A DNA stretch of 64,000 nucleotides, from the NCBI GenBank assembly GCA_964016885.1, contig OZ024742.1:11098001-11162000 (forward strand). The letters are read 5' to 3'. Shown piece after piece: positions 28,601 to 43,600 of the stretch. This stretch comes from Eledone cirrhosa (lineage: Eukaryota). The position numbers and the translations under genes are program-made. Each line of letters begins with the position of its first letter. The first letter of the stretch is position 1. The notes under the pieces were generated by a model. The model had not been told where the DNA came from, searched no databases, and worked only from the letters and a program-made list of their open reading frames with translations.

Positions 28601-31600
28601 TCTGGGTTAGGACACCTTACAGGTGATATACTCAGGTAAGGTGGGTATATCTGGTTTAGGACACCTTACAGGTGATATACTCAGGTAAGGTGGATATATC
28701 TGGGTTAGGACACCTTACAGGTGATATACTCAGGTAAGGTGGATATATCTGGGTTAGGACACCTTACAGGTGATATACTCAGGTAAGGTGGGTATATCTG
28801 GGTTAGGACACCTTACAGGTGATATACTCAGGTAAGGTGGATATATCTGGGTTAGGACACCTTACAGGTGATATACTCAGGTAAGGTGGATATATCTGGG
28901 TTACGACACCTTACAGGTGATATACTCAGGTAAGGTGGGTATATCTGGGTTAGGACACCTTACAGGTAATATACTCAGGTAAGGTGGATATATCTGGGTT
29001 AGGACACTTTACAGGTGATATACTCAGGTGAGGTGGATATATCTGGTCTAGGACACCTTACAGGTGATATACTCAGGTAAGGTGGATATATGTGGGTTAG
29101 GACACCTTACAGTTGATATACTCAGGTAAGGTGGATATATCTGGTCTAGGACACCTTACAGGTGATATACTCAGGTAAGGTGGATATATGTGGGTTAGGA
29201 CACCTTACAGTTGATATACTCAGGTAAGGTGGATATATCTGGTCTAGGACACCTTACAGGTGATATAGTAAGGTAAGGTGGGTATATCTGGTCTAGGACA
29301 CCTTACAGTTGATATACTCAGGTAAGGTGGATATATCTGGTCTAGGACACCTTACAGGTGATATACTCAGGTAAGGTGGATATATCTGGTCTAGGACACC
29401 TTACAGTTGATATACTCAGGTAAGGTGGATATATCTGGTCTAGGACACCTTACAGGTGATATACTCAGGTAAGGTGGGTATATCTGGGTTAGGACACCTT
29501 ACAGGTGATATACTCAGGTAAGGTGGATATATCTTGGTTAGGACACCTTACAGTTGATATACTCAGGTAAGGTGGATATATCTGGGTTAGGACACCTTGC
29601 AGGGGATATACTCAGGTGAGGTGGATATATCTGGTCTAGGACACCTTACAGGTGATATACTCAGGCAAGGTGGATATATCTGGGTTAGGACACTTTACAG
29701 GTGATATACTCAGGTGAGGTGGATATATCTGGTCTAGGACACCTTACAGTTGATATACTCAGGTAAGGTGGATATATCTGGGTTAGGACACTTTACAGGT
29801 GATATACTCAGGTGAGGTGGATATATCTGGTCTAGGACACCTTACAGTTGATATACTCAGGTTAGGTGGATATATCTGTGTTAGGACACCTTACAGGTGA
29901 TATACTCAGGTAAGGTGGATATATCTGGGTTATGACACCTTACAGTTGATATACTCAGGTAAGGTGGATATATCTGGGTTAGGACAACTTACAGGTGATT
30001 TACTCAGGTAAGGTGGATAAATCTGTGTCATAGGACACCTTACAGGTGATATACTCAGGTAAGGTGGATATATCTGGGTTAGGACACCTTACAGGTGATA
30101 TACTCAGGTAAGGTGGATATATCTGGGTTAGGACACCTTACAGGTGATATACTCAGGTAAGGTGGGTATATCTGGGTTAGGACACCTTACAGGTGATATA
30201 CTCTGGTAAGGTGGATATATCTGGGTTAGGACACCTTACAGGTGATATACTCAGGTAAGGTGGATATATCTGGGTTAGGACACCTTACAGGTGATATACT
30301 CAGATAAGGTGGATATATCTGGGTTATGACACCTTACATGTGATATACTCAGGTAAGGTGGATATATCTGGGCTAGGACACCTTACAGGTGATATACTCA
30401 GGTAAGGTGGATATATCTGGGCTAGGACACCTTACAGGTGATATACTCAGATAAGGTGGATATATCTGGGTTATGACACCTTACATGTGATATACTCAGG
30501 TAAGGTGGATATATCTGGGCTAGGACACCTTACAGGGGATATACTCAGGTAAGGTGGATATATCTGGGTTATGACACCTTACAGGTGATATACTCAGGTA
30601 AGGTGGATATATATGGTCTAGGACACCTTACAGGTGATATACTCAGGTAAGGTGGATATATCTGGGTTAGGACACATTACAGGTGATATACTCAGGTAAG
30701 GTGGATATATCTGGGTTAGGACACCTTACAGGTGATATACTCAGGTAAGGTGGATATATCTGGGTTATGACACCTTACATGTGATATACTCAGGTAAGGT
30801 GGATATATCTGGGTTAGGACACCTTACAGGTGATATACTCAGGTAAGGTGGATATATCTGGGTTATGACACCTTACAGGTGATATACTCAGGTAAGGTGG
30901 ATATATCTGGTTTAGGACAACTTACATGTGATATACTCTGGTAAGGTGGATATATCTGGGTTAGGACACCTTACAGGTGATATACTCAGGTAAGGGGGAT
31001 ATATCTGGGTTAGGACACCTTACAGGTGATATACACAGGTAAGGGGATATATCTGGGTTAGGACACCTTACAGATGATATACTCAGGTAAGGTGGATATA
31101 TCTGGGTTAGGACACCTTACAGGTGATATACACACGTAAGGGGGATATATCGGGGTTAGGACACCTTACAGGTGATATACACAGGTAAGGGGATATATCT
31201 GGGTTAGGACACCTTACAGGTGATATACTCAGGTAAGGTGGATATATCTGGGTCATAGGACACCTTACAGGTGATATTCTCAGGTGAGGTGGATATATCT
31301 GGGTTAGGACACCTTACAGGTGATATACTCAGGTAAGGTGGATATATCTGGGTTAGGACACCTTACAGGTGTATATACTCAGGTAAGGGGGATATATCTG
31401 GGTTAGGACACATTACAGGTGTATATACTCAGGTAAGATGCATATATCTGGGTCATAGAAACCTTACAAGTGATATACTCAGGTAAGGTGGATATATCTG
31501 GGTCATAGGACACCTTACAGGTGATATACGCAGCTAAGGTGGATATATCTGGGTCATAGCACACCTTACAGGTGATATACTCAGGTAAGGTGGATATATC

Positions 31601-34600
31601 TGGGCTAGGACAACTTACAGATTATATACTCAGGTAAGGTGGATATATCTGTGTCATAGGACACCTTACAGGTGATATACACAGGTAAGGTGGATATATC
31701 TGGTTTAGGACACCTTACAGTGGATATACTCAGGTAAGGTGGATATATCTGTGTCATAGGACACCTTACAGGTGATATACTCAGGTGAGGTGGATATATC
31801 TGTGTCATAGGACACCTTACAGGTGATATACTCAGGTGAGGTGGATATATCTGCGTCATAGGACACTTTACAGGTGATATATTCAGGTAACGTGGATATA
31901 ACTGGTCTAGGACACCTTACAGGTGATATACTCAGGTAAAGGTGGATATATCTGGGTTAGGACATCTTAGAAGTGATATACACACGTAAGGTGGATATAT
32001 CTGGGTTAGGACACCTTACAGGTGATATACACAGGTAAGGGGGGATATATCTGGGTTAGGACACCTTACAGGTGATATACTCAGGTAAGGTGGATATATC
32101 TGGGTTAGGACACCTTACAGGTGATATACTCTGGTAAGGTGGGTATATCTGGGTTAGGACACCTTACAGTTGATATACTCAGGTAAGGTGGATATATCTT
32201 GGTTAGGACACCTTACAGGTGATATACACACGTAAGGTGGATATATCGGGGTTAGGACACCTTACAGGTGATATACACACGTAAGGTGGATATATATGGG
32301 TTAGGACACCTTACAGGTGATATACTCAGGTAAGGTGGATATATGTGGGTCATAGATCACCTTACAGGTGATATACTCAGGTAAGGGGTATATATCTGGG
32401 TTAGGACACCTTACAGGTGATATACTCTGGTAATGTGGATATATCTGGGTTAGGACTCCTTACAGGTGATATACTCAGGTAAGGGGGATATATCTGTGTT
32501 AGGACACCTTACACGTGTATATACTCAGGTAAGGTGCATATATCTGGGTCATAGGACACCTTACAAGTTATATACTCAGGTAAGGTGGGTATATCTGGGT
32601 TAGGACACCTTACAGGTGTATATACTCAGGTAAGGTGGATATATCTGGTTTAGGACACCTTACAGGTGATATACTAAGGTAAGTTGGATATATCTTGTTC
32701 ATAGGACACCTTACAGCTGATATACTCAGGTAAGGTGGATATATCTGGGTTAGGACAACTTACAGGTGATATACTCAGGTAAGGTGGATATATATGTGTC
32801 ATAGGACAGCTTACAGGTGATATACGCAGGTATGGTGGATATATCTGCGTCATAGGACACTTTACAGGTGATATATTCAGGTAATGTGGATATATCTGGT
32901 CTAGGACACCTTACAGGTGATATACTCAGGTAAGGTGGATATATGTGGATTAGGACACCTTACAGTTGATATACTCAGGTAAGGTGGATATATCTGGTCT
33001 AGGACACCTTACAGGTGATATACTCAGGTAAGGTGGATATATGTGGGTTAGGACACCTTACAGTTGATATACTCAGGTAAGGTGGATATATCTGGTCTAG
33101 GACACCTTACAGGTGATATACTCAGGTAAGGTGGATATATCTTGGTTAGGACACCTTACATGTGATATACTCAGGTAAGGTGGATATATCTTGGTTAGGA
33201 CACCTTACAGTTGATATACTCAGGTAAGGTGGATATATCTGGGTTAGGACACCTTGCAGGGGATATACTCAGGTGAGGTGGATATATCTGGTCTAGGACA
33301 CCTTACAGGTGATATACTCAGGCAAGGTGGATATATCTGGGTTAGGACACTTTACAGGTGATATACTCAGGTGAGGTGGATATATCTGGTCTAGGACACC
33401 TTACAGTTGATATACTCAGGTAAGGTGGATATATCTGGGTTAGGACACTTTACAGGTGATATACTCAGGTGAGGTGGATATATCTGGTCTAGGACACCTT
33501 ACAGTTGATATACTCAGGTTAGGTGGATATATCTGTGTTAGGACACCTTACAGGTGATTTACTCAGGTAAGGTGGATAAATCTGTGTCATAGGACACCTT
33601 ACAGGTGATATACTCAGGTAAGGTGGATATATCTGGGTTAGGACACCTTACAGGTGATATACTCAGGTAAGGTGGATATATCTGGGTTAGGACACCTTAC
33701 AGGTGATATACTCAGGTAAGGTGGGTATATCTGGGTTAGGACACCTTACAGGTGATATACTCTGGTAAGGTGGATATATCTGGGTTAGGACACCTTACAG
33801 GTGATATACTCAGGTAAGGTGGATATATCTGGGTTAGGACACCTTACAGGTGATATACTCAGATAAGGTGGATATATCTGGGTTATGACACCTTACATGT
33901 GATATACTCAGGTAAGGTGGATATATCTGGGCTAGGACACCTTACAGGGGATGTACTCAGGTAAGGTGGATATATCTGGGTTATGACACCTTACAGGTGA
34001 TATACTCAGGTAAGGTGAATATATATGGTCTAGGACACCTTACAGGTGATATACTCAGGTAAGGTGGATATATCTGGGTTAGGACACATTACAGGTGATA
34101 TACTCAGGTAAGGTGGATATATCTGGGTTAGGACACCTTACAGGTGATATACTCAGGTAAGGTGGATATATCTGGGTTATGACACCTTACATGTGATATA
34201 CTCAGGTAAGGTGGATATATCTGGGTTAGGACACCTTACAGGTGATATACTCAGGTAAGGTGGATATATCTGGGTTATGACACCTTACAGGTGATATACT
34301 CTGGTAAGGTGGATATATCTGGGTTAGGACACCTTACAGGTGATATACTCTGGTAAGGTGGATATATCTGGGTTAGGACACCTTACAGGTGATATACACA
34401 CGTAAGGGGGATATATCGGGGTTAGGACACCTTACAGGTGATATACACAGGTAAGGGGATATATCTGGGTTAGGACACCTTACAGGTGATATACTCAGGT
34501 AAGGGGGATATATCTGGGTTAGGACACCTTACAGGTGATATACTCAGGTAAGGTGGATATATCTGGGTTATGACACCTTACAGGTGATATACTCTGGTAA

Positions 34601-37600
34601 GGTGGATATATCTGGGCTAGGACACCTTACAGGTGATATACTCAGGTAAGGGGGATATATCTGGGTTAGGACACCTTACAGGTGATATACACAGGTAAGG
34701 GGATATATCTGGGTTAGGACACCTTACAGATGATATACTCAGGTAAGGTGGATATATCTGGGTTAGGACACCTTACAGGTGATATACACACGTAAGGGGG
34801 ATATATCGGGGTTAGGACACCTTACAGGTGATATACACAGGTAAGGGGATATATCTGGGTTAGGACACCTTACAGGTGATATACTCAGGTAAGGTGGATA
34901 TATCTGGGTCATAGGACACCTTACAGGTGATATTCTCATGTGAGGTGGATATATCTGGGTTAGGACACCTTACAGGTGATATACTCAGGTAAGGTGGATA
35001 TATCTGGGTTAGGACTCCTTACAGGTGATATATTCAGGTAAGGGGGATATAACTGGGTTAGGACACATTACAGGTGTATATACTCAGGTAAGATGCATAT
35101 ATCTGGGTCATAGAAACCTTACAAGTGATATACTCAGGTAAGGTGGATATATCTGGGTCATAGGACACCTTACAGGTGATATACGCAGCTAAGGTGGATA
35201 TATCTGGGTCATAGCACACCTTACAGGTGATATACTCAGGTAAGGTGGATATATCTGGGCTAGGACAACTTACAGATTATATACTCAGGTAAGGTGGATA
35301 TATCTGTGTCATAGGACACCTTACAGGTGATATACTCAGGTAAGGTGGATATATCTAGTTTAGGACACCTTACAGTGGATATACTCAGGTAAGGTGGATA
35401 TATCTGTGTCATAGGACACCTTACAGGTGATATACTCAGGTGAGGTGGATATATCTGTGTCATAGGACACCTTACAGGTGATATACTCAGGTGAGGTGGA
35501 TATATCTGCGTCATAGGACACTTTACAGGTGATATATTCAGGTAACGTGGATATAACTGGTCTAGGACACCTTACAGGTGATATACTCAGGTAAAGGTGG
35601 ATATATCTGGGTTAGGACATCTTAGAAGTGATATACACACGTAAGGTGGATATATCTGGGTTAGGACACCTTACAGGTGATATACACAGGTAAGGGGGGA
35701 TATATCTGGGTTAGGACACCTTACAGGTGATATACTCAGGTAAGGTGGATATATCTGGGTTAGGACACCTTACAGGTGATATACTCTGGTAAGGTGGGTA
35801 TATCTGGGTTAGGACACCTTACAGTTGATATACTCAGGTAAGGTGGATATATCTTGGTTAGGACACCTTACAGGTGATATACACACGTAAGGTGGATATA
35901 TCGGGGTTAGGACACCTTACAGGTGATATACACACGTAAGGTGGATATATATGGGTTAGGACACCTTACAGGTGATATACTCAGGTAAGGTGGATATATC
36001 TGGGTTAGGACACCTTACAGGTGATATACTCAGGTAAGGTGGATATATGTGGGTCATAGATCACCTTACAGGTGATATACTCAGGTAAGGGGTATATATC
36101 TGGGTTAGGACACCTTACAGGTGATATACTCTGGTAATGTGGATATATCTGGGTTAGGACTCCTTACAGGTGATATACTCAGGTAAGGGGGATATATCTG
36201 TGTTAGGACACCTTACACGTGTATATACTCAGGTAAGGTGCATATATCTGGGTCATAGGACACCTTACAAGTTATATACTCAGGTAAGGTGGATATATCT
36301 GGGTCATAGGACACCTTTCAGGTGATATACTCAGGTAAGGTGGGTATATCTGGGTTAGGACACCTTACAGGTGTATATACTCAGGTAAGGTGGATATATC
36401 TGGTTTAGGACACCTTACAGGTGATATACTCAGGTAAGGTCGATATATCTGGGTTAGGACACCTTACAGGTGATATACTCAGGTAAGGTGGATATATATG
36501 TGTCATAGGACAGCTTACAGGTGATATACGCAGGTATGGTGGATATATCTGCGTCATAGGACACTTTACAGGTGATATATTCAGGTAATGTGGATATATC
36601 TGGTCTAGGACACCTTACAGGTGATATACTCAGGTAAGGTGGATCTATCTGGGTTAGGACACCTTACAGGTGATATACTCAGGTAGGGTGGATATATCTG
36701 GGTTAGGACACCTTACAGGTGATATACTCAGGTAAGGTGGATATATCTGGGTTAGGACACCTTACATGTGATATACTCAGGTAAGGTGGATATATCTGTG
36801 TTAGGACACCTTACAGCTGATATACTCAGGTAAGGTGGGTATATCTGGGTTAGGACACCTTACAGGTGATATACTCAGGTAAGGTGGATATATCTGGGTT
36901 AGGACAGCTTACAGGTGATATACTCAGGTGAGGTGGATATATCTGGTTTAGGACACCTTACAGGTGATATACACAGGTAAGGTGGATATATATCGGTTAG
37001 GACACCTGACAGGTGATATACTCAGGTAAGGTGGATATCTCTGGGTTAGCACACCTTACAGGTAATATACTCAGGTAAGGTGGATATATCTGGGTCATAG
37101 GACACCTTACAGGTGATATACTCAGGTAAGGTGGATATATATGGGTTAGGACACCTTACAGGTGATATACACAGGTAAGGGGATATATCTGGGTTAGGAC
37201 ACCTTACAGGTGATATACTCAGGTAAGGTGGATATATCTGGGTCATAGGACACCTTAGAGGTGATATACTCAGGTAAGGTGGATATATGTGGGTCATAGA
37301 TCACCTTACATGTGATATACTCAGGTAAGGGGGATATATCTGGGTTAGGACACCTTACAGGTGATATATTCTGGTAAGGTGGATATATCTGGGTTAGGAC
37401 TCCTTACAGGTGATATATTCAGGTAAGGGGGATATATCTGGGTTAGGACACATTACAGGTGTATATACTCAGGTAAGATGCATATATCTGGGTCATAGAA
37501 ACCTTACAAGTGATATACTCAGGTAAGGTGGATATAACTGGGTCATAGGACACCTTACAGGTGATATACGCAGCTAAGGTGGATATATCTGGGTCATAGC

Positions 37601-40600
37601 ACACCTTACAGGTGATATACTCAGGTAAGGTGGATATATCTGGGCTAGGACAACTTACAGATTATATACTCAGGTAAGGTGGATATATCTGGTTTAGGAC
37701 ACCTTACAGGTGATATACTCAGGTAAGGTGGATATATCTGGTTTAGGACACCTTACAGTTGATATACTCAGGTAAGGTGGATATATCTGTCATAGGACAC
37801 CTTACAGGTGATATACTCAGGTGAGGTGGATATATCTGTGTCATAGGACACCTTACAGGTGATATACTCAGGTGAGGTGGATATATCTGCGTCATAGGAC
37901 ACTTTACAGGTGATATATTCAGGTAACGTGGATATAACTGGTCTAGGACACCTTACAGGTGATATACTCAGGTAAAGGTGGATATATCTGGGTTAGGACA
38001 TCTTAGAAGTGATATACACACGTAAGGTGGATATATGTGGGTTAGGACACCTTACAGGTGATATACACAGGTAAGGGGGGATATATCTGGGTTAGGACAC
38101 CTTACAGGTGATATACTCAGGTAAGGTGGATATATCTGGGTTAGGACACCTTACAGGTGATATACTCTGGTAAGGTGGGTATATCTGGGTTAGGACACCT
38201 TACAGTTGATATACTCAGGTAAGGTGGATATATCTTGGTTAGGACACCTTACAGGTGATATACACACGTAAGGTGGATATATCGGGGTTAGGACACCTTA
38301 CAGGTGATATACACACGTAAGGTGGATATATATGGGTTAGGACACCTTACAGGTGATATAGTCAGGTAAGGTGGATATATGTGGGTCATAGATCACCTTA
38401 CAGGTGATATACTCAGGTAAGGGGTATATATCTGGGTTAGGACTCCTTACAGGTGATATACTCTGGTAATGTGGATATATCTGGGTTAGGACTCCTTACA
38501 GGTGATATACTCAGGTAAGGGGGATATATCTGTGTTAGGACACCTTACAGGTGTATATACTCAGGTAAGGTGCATATATCTGGGTCATAGGACACCTTAC
38601 AAGTTATATACTCAGGTAAGGTGGATATATCTGGGTCATAGGACACCTTTCAGGTGATATACTCAGGTAAGGTGGGTATATCTGGGTTAGGACACCTTAC
38701 AGGTGTATATACTCAGGTAAGGTGGATATATCTGGTTTAGGACACCTTACAGGTGATATACTAAGGTAAGTTGGATATATCTTGTTCATAGGACACCTTA
38801 CAGCTGATATACTCAGGTAAGGTGGATATATCTGGGTTAGGACACCTTACAGTTGATATACTCAGGTAAGGTGGATATATATGTGTCATAGGACAGCTTA
38901 CAGGTGATATACGCAGGTATGGTGGATATATCTGCGTCATAGGACACTTTACAGGTGATATATTCAGGTAATGTGGATATATCTGGTCTAGGACACCTTA
39001 CAGGTGATATACTCAGGTAAGGTGGATCTATCTGGGTTAGGACACCTTACAGGTGATATACTCAGGTAAGGTGGATATATCTGGGTTAGGACACCTTACA
39101 GGTGATATACTCAGGTAAGGTGGATATATCTGGGTTAGGACACCTTATATGTGATATACTCAGGTAAGGTGGATATATCTGGGTTAGGACACATTACAGC
39201 TGATATACTCAGGTAAGGTGGGTATATCTGGGTTAGGACACCTTACAGGTGATATACTCAGGTAAGGTGGATATATCTGGGTTAGGACAGCTTACAGGTG
39301 ATATACTCAGGTAAGGTGGATATATCTGGGTTAGGACACCTGACAGGTGATATACTCAGGTAAGGTGGATATCTCTGGGTTAGCACACCTTACAGGTAAT
39401 ATACTCAGGTAAGGTGGATATATCTGGGTTAGGACACCTTACAGGTGATATACTCAGGTAAGGTGGATATATCTGGGTTAGGACAGCTTACAGGTGATAT
39501 ACTCAGGTAAGGTGGATATATCTGGGTTAGGACACCTGACAGGTGATATACTCAGGTAAGGTGGATATCTCTGGGTTAGCACACCTTACAGGTGATATAC
39601 TCAGGTAAGGTGGATATATCTGGGTTAGGACACCTTACAGTTGATATACTCAGGTGAGGTGGATATATCTGGTTTAGGACACCTTACAGGTGATATACTC
39701 AGGTAAGGTGGATATATATCGGTTAGGACACCTGACAGGTGATATACTCAGGTAAGGTGGATATCTCTGGGTTAGCACACCTTACAGGTAATATACTCAG
39801 GTAAGGTGGATATATCTGGGTCATAGGACACCTTACAGGTGATATACTCAGGTAAGGTGGATATATATGGGTTAGGACACCTTACAGGTGATATACTCAG
39901 GTAAGGTGGATATATCTGGGTTAGGACACCTTACAGGTGATATACTCAGGTAAGGTGGATATATCTGGGTTAGGACACCTTACAGGTGATATACTCAGGT
40001 AAGGTGGATGTATCTGGTCTAGGACACCTTACAGGTGATATACTCAGGTAAGGTGGATATATCTGGGTTAGGACACCTTACAGGTGATATACTCAGGTAA
40101 GGTGGATATATCTGGCTTAGGACACCTTACAGGTGATATACTCAGGTAAGGTGGGTATATCTGGGTTAGGACACCTTACAGGAGATATACTCAGGTAAGG
40201 TGGGTATATCTGGGTTAGGACACCTTACAGGTGATATACTCAGGTGAGGTGGGTATATCTGGTTTAGGACACCTTACAGTTGATATACTCAGGTGAGGTG
40301 GGTATATCTGGTTTAGGACACCTTACAGGTGATATACTCAGGTAAGGTGGATATATCTGGGTTAGGACACCTTACAGGTGATATACTCAGGTAAGCTGGA
40401 TATATCTGGGTTAGGACACCTTACAGGTGATATACTCAGGTAAGGTGGGTATATCTGGGTTAGGACAACTTACAGGTGATATACTCAGGTAAGGTGGATA
40501 TATCTGGGTTAGGACACCTTACAGGTGATATACTCAGGTAAGGTGGATATATCTGGGTTACGACACCTTACAGGTGATATACTCAGGTAAGGTGGGTATA

Positions 40601-43600
40601 TCTGGGTTAGGACACCTTACAGGTAATATACTCAGGTAAGGTGGATATATCTGGGTTAGGACACTTTCCAGGTGATATACTCAGGTGATGTGGATATATC
40701 TGGTCTAGGACACCTTACAGGTGATATACTCAGGTAAGGTGGATATATGTGGGTTAGGACACCTTACAGTTGATATACTCAGGTAAGGTGGATATATCTG
40801 GTCTAGGACAACTTACAGGTGATATACTCAGGTAAGGTGGATATATGTGGGTTAGGACACCTTACAGTTGATATACTCAGGTAAGGTGGATATATCTGGT
40901 CTAGGACACCTTACAGGTGATATACTCAGGTAAGGTGGATATATCTGGGTAAGGACACCTTACAGTTGATATACTCAGGTAAGGTGGATATATCTGGGTT
41001 AGGACACCTTGCAGGGGATATAATCAGGTGAGGTGGATATATCTGGTCTAGGACACCTTACAGGTGATATACTCAGGTAAGGTGGATATATCTGGGTTAG
41101 GACACTTTACAGGTGATATACTCAGGTGAGGTGGATATATCTGGTCTAGGACACCTTACAGTTGATATACTCAGGTAAGGTGGATATATCTGGGTTAGGA
41201 CACTTTACAGGTGATATACTCAGGTGAGGTGGATATATCTGGGTTAGGACACCTTACAGGTGATATACTCAGGTGAGGTGGATATATCTGGTCTAGGACA
41301 CCTTACAGGTGATATACTCAGGTAAGGTGGATATATATGTGTCATAGGACAGCTTACAGGTGATATACGCAGGTATGGTGGATATATCTGCGTCATAGGA
41401 CACTTTACAGGTGATATATTCAGGTAATGTGGATATATCTGGTCTAGGACACCTTACAGGTGATATACTCAGGTAAGGTGGATATATGTGGATTAGGACA
41501 CCTTACAGTTGATATACTCAGGTAAGGTGGATATATCTGGTCTAGGACACCTTACAGGTGATATACTCAGGTAAGGTGGATATATGTGGGTTAGGACACC
41601 TTACAGTTGATATACTCAGGTAAGGTGGATATATCTGGTCTAGGACACCTTACAGGTGATATACTCAGGTAAGGTGGATATATCTTGGTTAGGACACCTT
41701 ACATGTGATATACTCAGGTAAGGTGGATATATCTTGGTTAGGACACCTTACAGTTGATATACTCAGGTAAGGTGGATATATCTGGGTTAGGACACCTTGC
41801 AGGGGATATACTCAGGTGAGGTGGATATATCTGGTCTAGGACACCTTACAGGTGATATACTCAGGCAAGGTGGATATATCTGGGTTAGGACACTTTACAG
41901 GTGATATACTCAGGTGAGGTGGATATATCTGGTCTAGGACACCTTACAGTTGATATACTCAGGTAAGGTGGATATATCTGGGTTAGGACACTTTACAGGT
42001 GATATACTCAGGTGAGGTGGATATATCTGGTCTAGGACACCTTACAGTTGATATACTCAGGTTAGGTGGATATATCTGTGTTAGGACACCTTACAGGTGA
42101 TTTACTCAGGTAAGGTGGATAAATCTGTGTCATAGGACACCTTACAGGTGATATACTCAGGTAAGGTGGATATATCTGGGTTAGGACACCTTACAGGTGA
42201 TATACTCAGGTAAGGTGGATATATCTGGGTTAGGACACCTTACAGGTGATATACTCAGGTAAGGTGGGTATATCTGGGTTAGGACACCTTACAGGTGATA
42301 TACTCTGGTAAGGTGGATATATCTGGGTTAGGACACCTTACAGGTGATATACTCAGGTAAGGTGGATATATCTGGGTTAGGACACCTTACAGGTGATATA
42401 CTCAGATAAGGTGGATATATCTGGGTTATGACACCTTACATGTGATATACTCAGGTAAGGTGGATATATCTGGGCTAGGACACCTTACAGGGGATGTACT
42501 CAGGTAAGGTGGATATATCTGGGTTATGACACCTTACAGGTGATATACTCAGGTAAGGTGAATATATATGGTCTAGGACACCTTACAGGTGATATACTCA
42601 GGTAAGGTGGATATATCTGGGTTAGGACACATTACAGGTGATATACTCAGGTAAGGTGGATATATCTGGGTTAGGACACCTTACAGGTGATATACTCAGG
42701 TAAGGTGGATATATCTGGGTTATGACACCTTACATGTGATATACTCAGGTAAGGTGGATATATCTGGGTTAGGACACCTTACAGGTGATATACTCAGGTA
42801 AGGTGGATATATCTGGGTTATGACACCTTACAGGTGATATACTCTGGTAAGGTGGATATATCTGGGTTAGGACACCTTACAGGTGATATACTCAGGTAAG
42901 GGGGATATATCTGGGTTAGGACACCTTACAGGTGATATACTCAGGTAAGGTGGATATATCTGGGTTATGACACCTTACAGGTGATATACTCTGGTAAGGT
43001 GGATATATCTGGGCTAGGACACCTTACAGGTGATATACTCAGGTAAGGGGGATATATCTGGGTTAGGACACCTTACAGGTGATATACACAGGTAAGGGGA
43101 TATATCTGGGTTAGGACACCTTACAGATGATATACTCAGGTAAGGTGGATATATCTGGGTTAGGACACCTTACAGGTGATATACACACGTAAGGGGGATA
43201 TATCGGGGTTAGGACACCTTACAGGTGATATACACAGGTAAGGGGATATATCTGGGTTAGGACACCTTACAGGTGATATACTCAGGTAAGGTGGATATAT
43301 CTGGGTCATAGGACACCTTACAGGTGATATTCTCATGTGAGGTGGATATATCTGGGTTAGGACACCTTACAGGTGATATACTCAGGTAAGGTGGATATAT
43401 CTGGGTTAGGACTCCTTACAGGTGATATATTCAGGTAAGGGGGATATAACTGGGTTAGGACACATTACAGGTGTATATACTCAGGTAAGATGCATATATC
43501 TGGGTCATAGAAACCTTACAAGTGATATACTCAGGTAAGGTGGATATATCTGGGTCATAGGACACCTTACAGGTGATATACGCAGCTAAGGTGGATATAT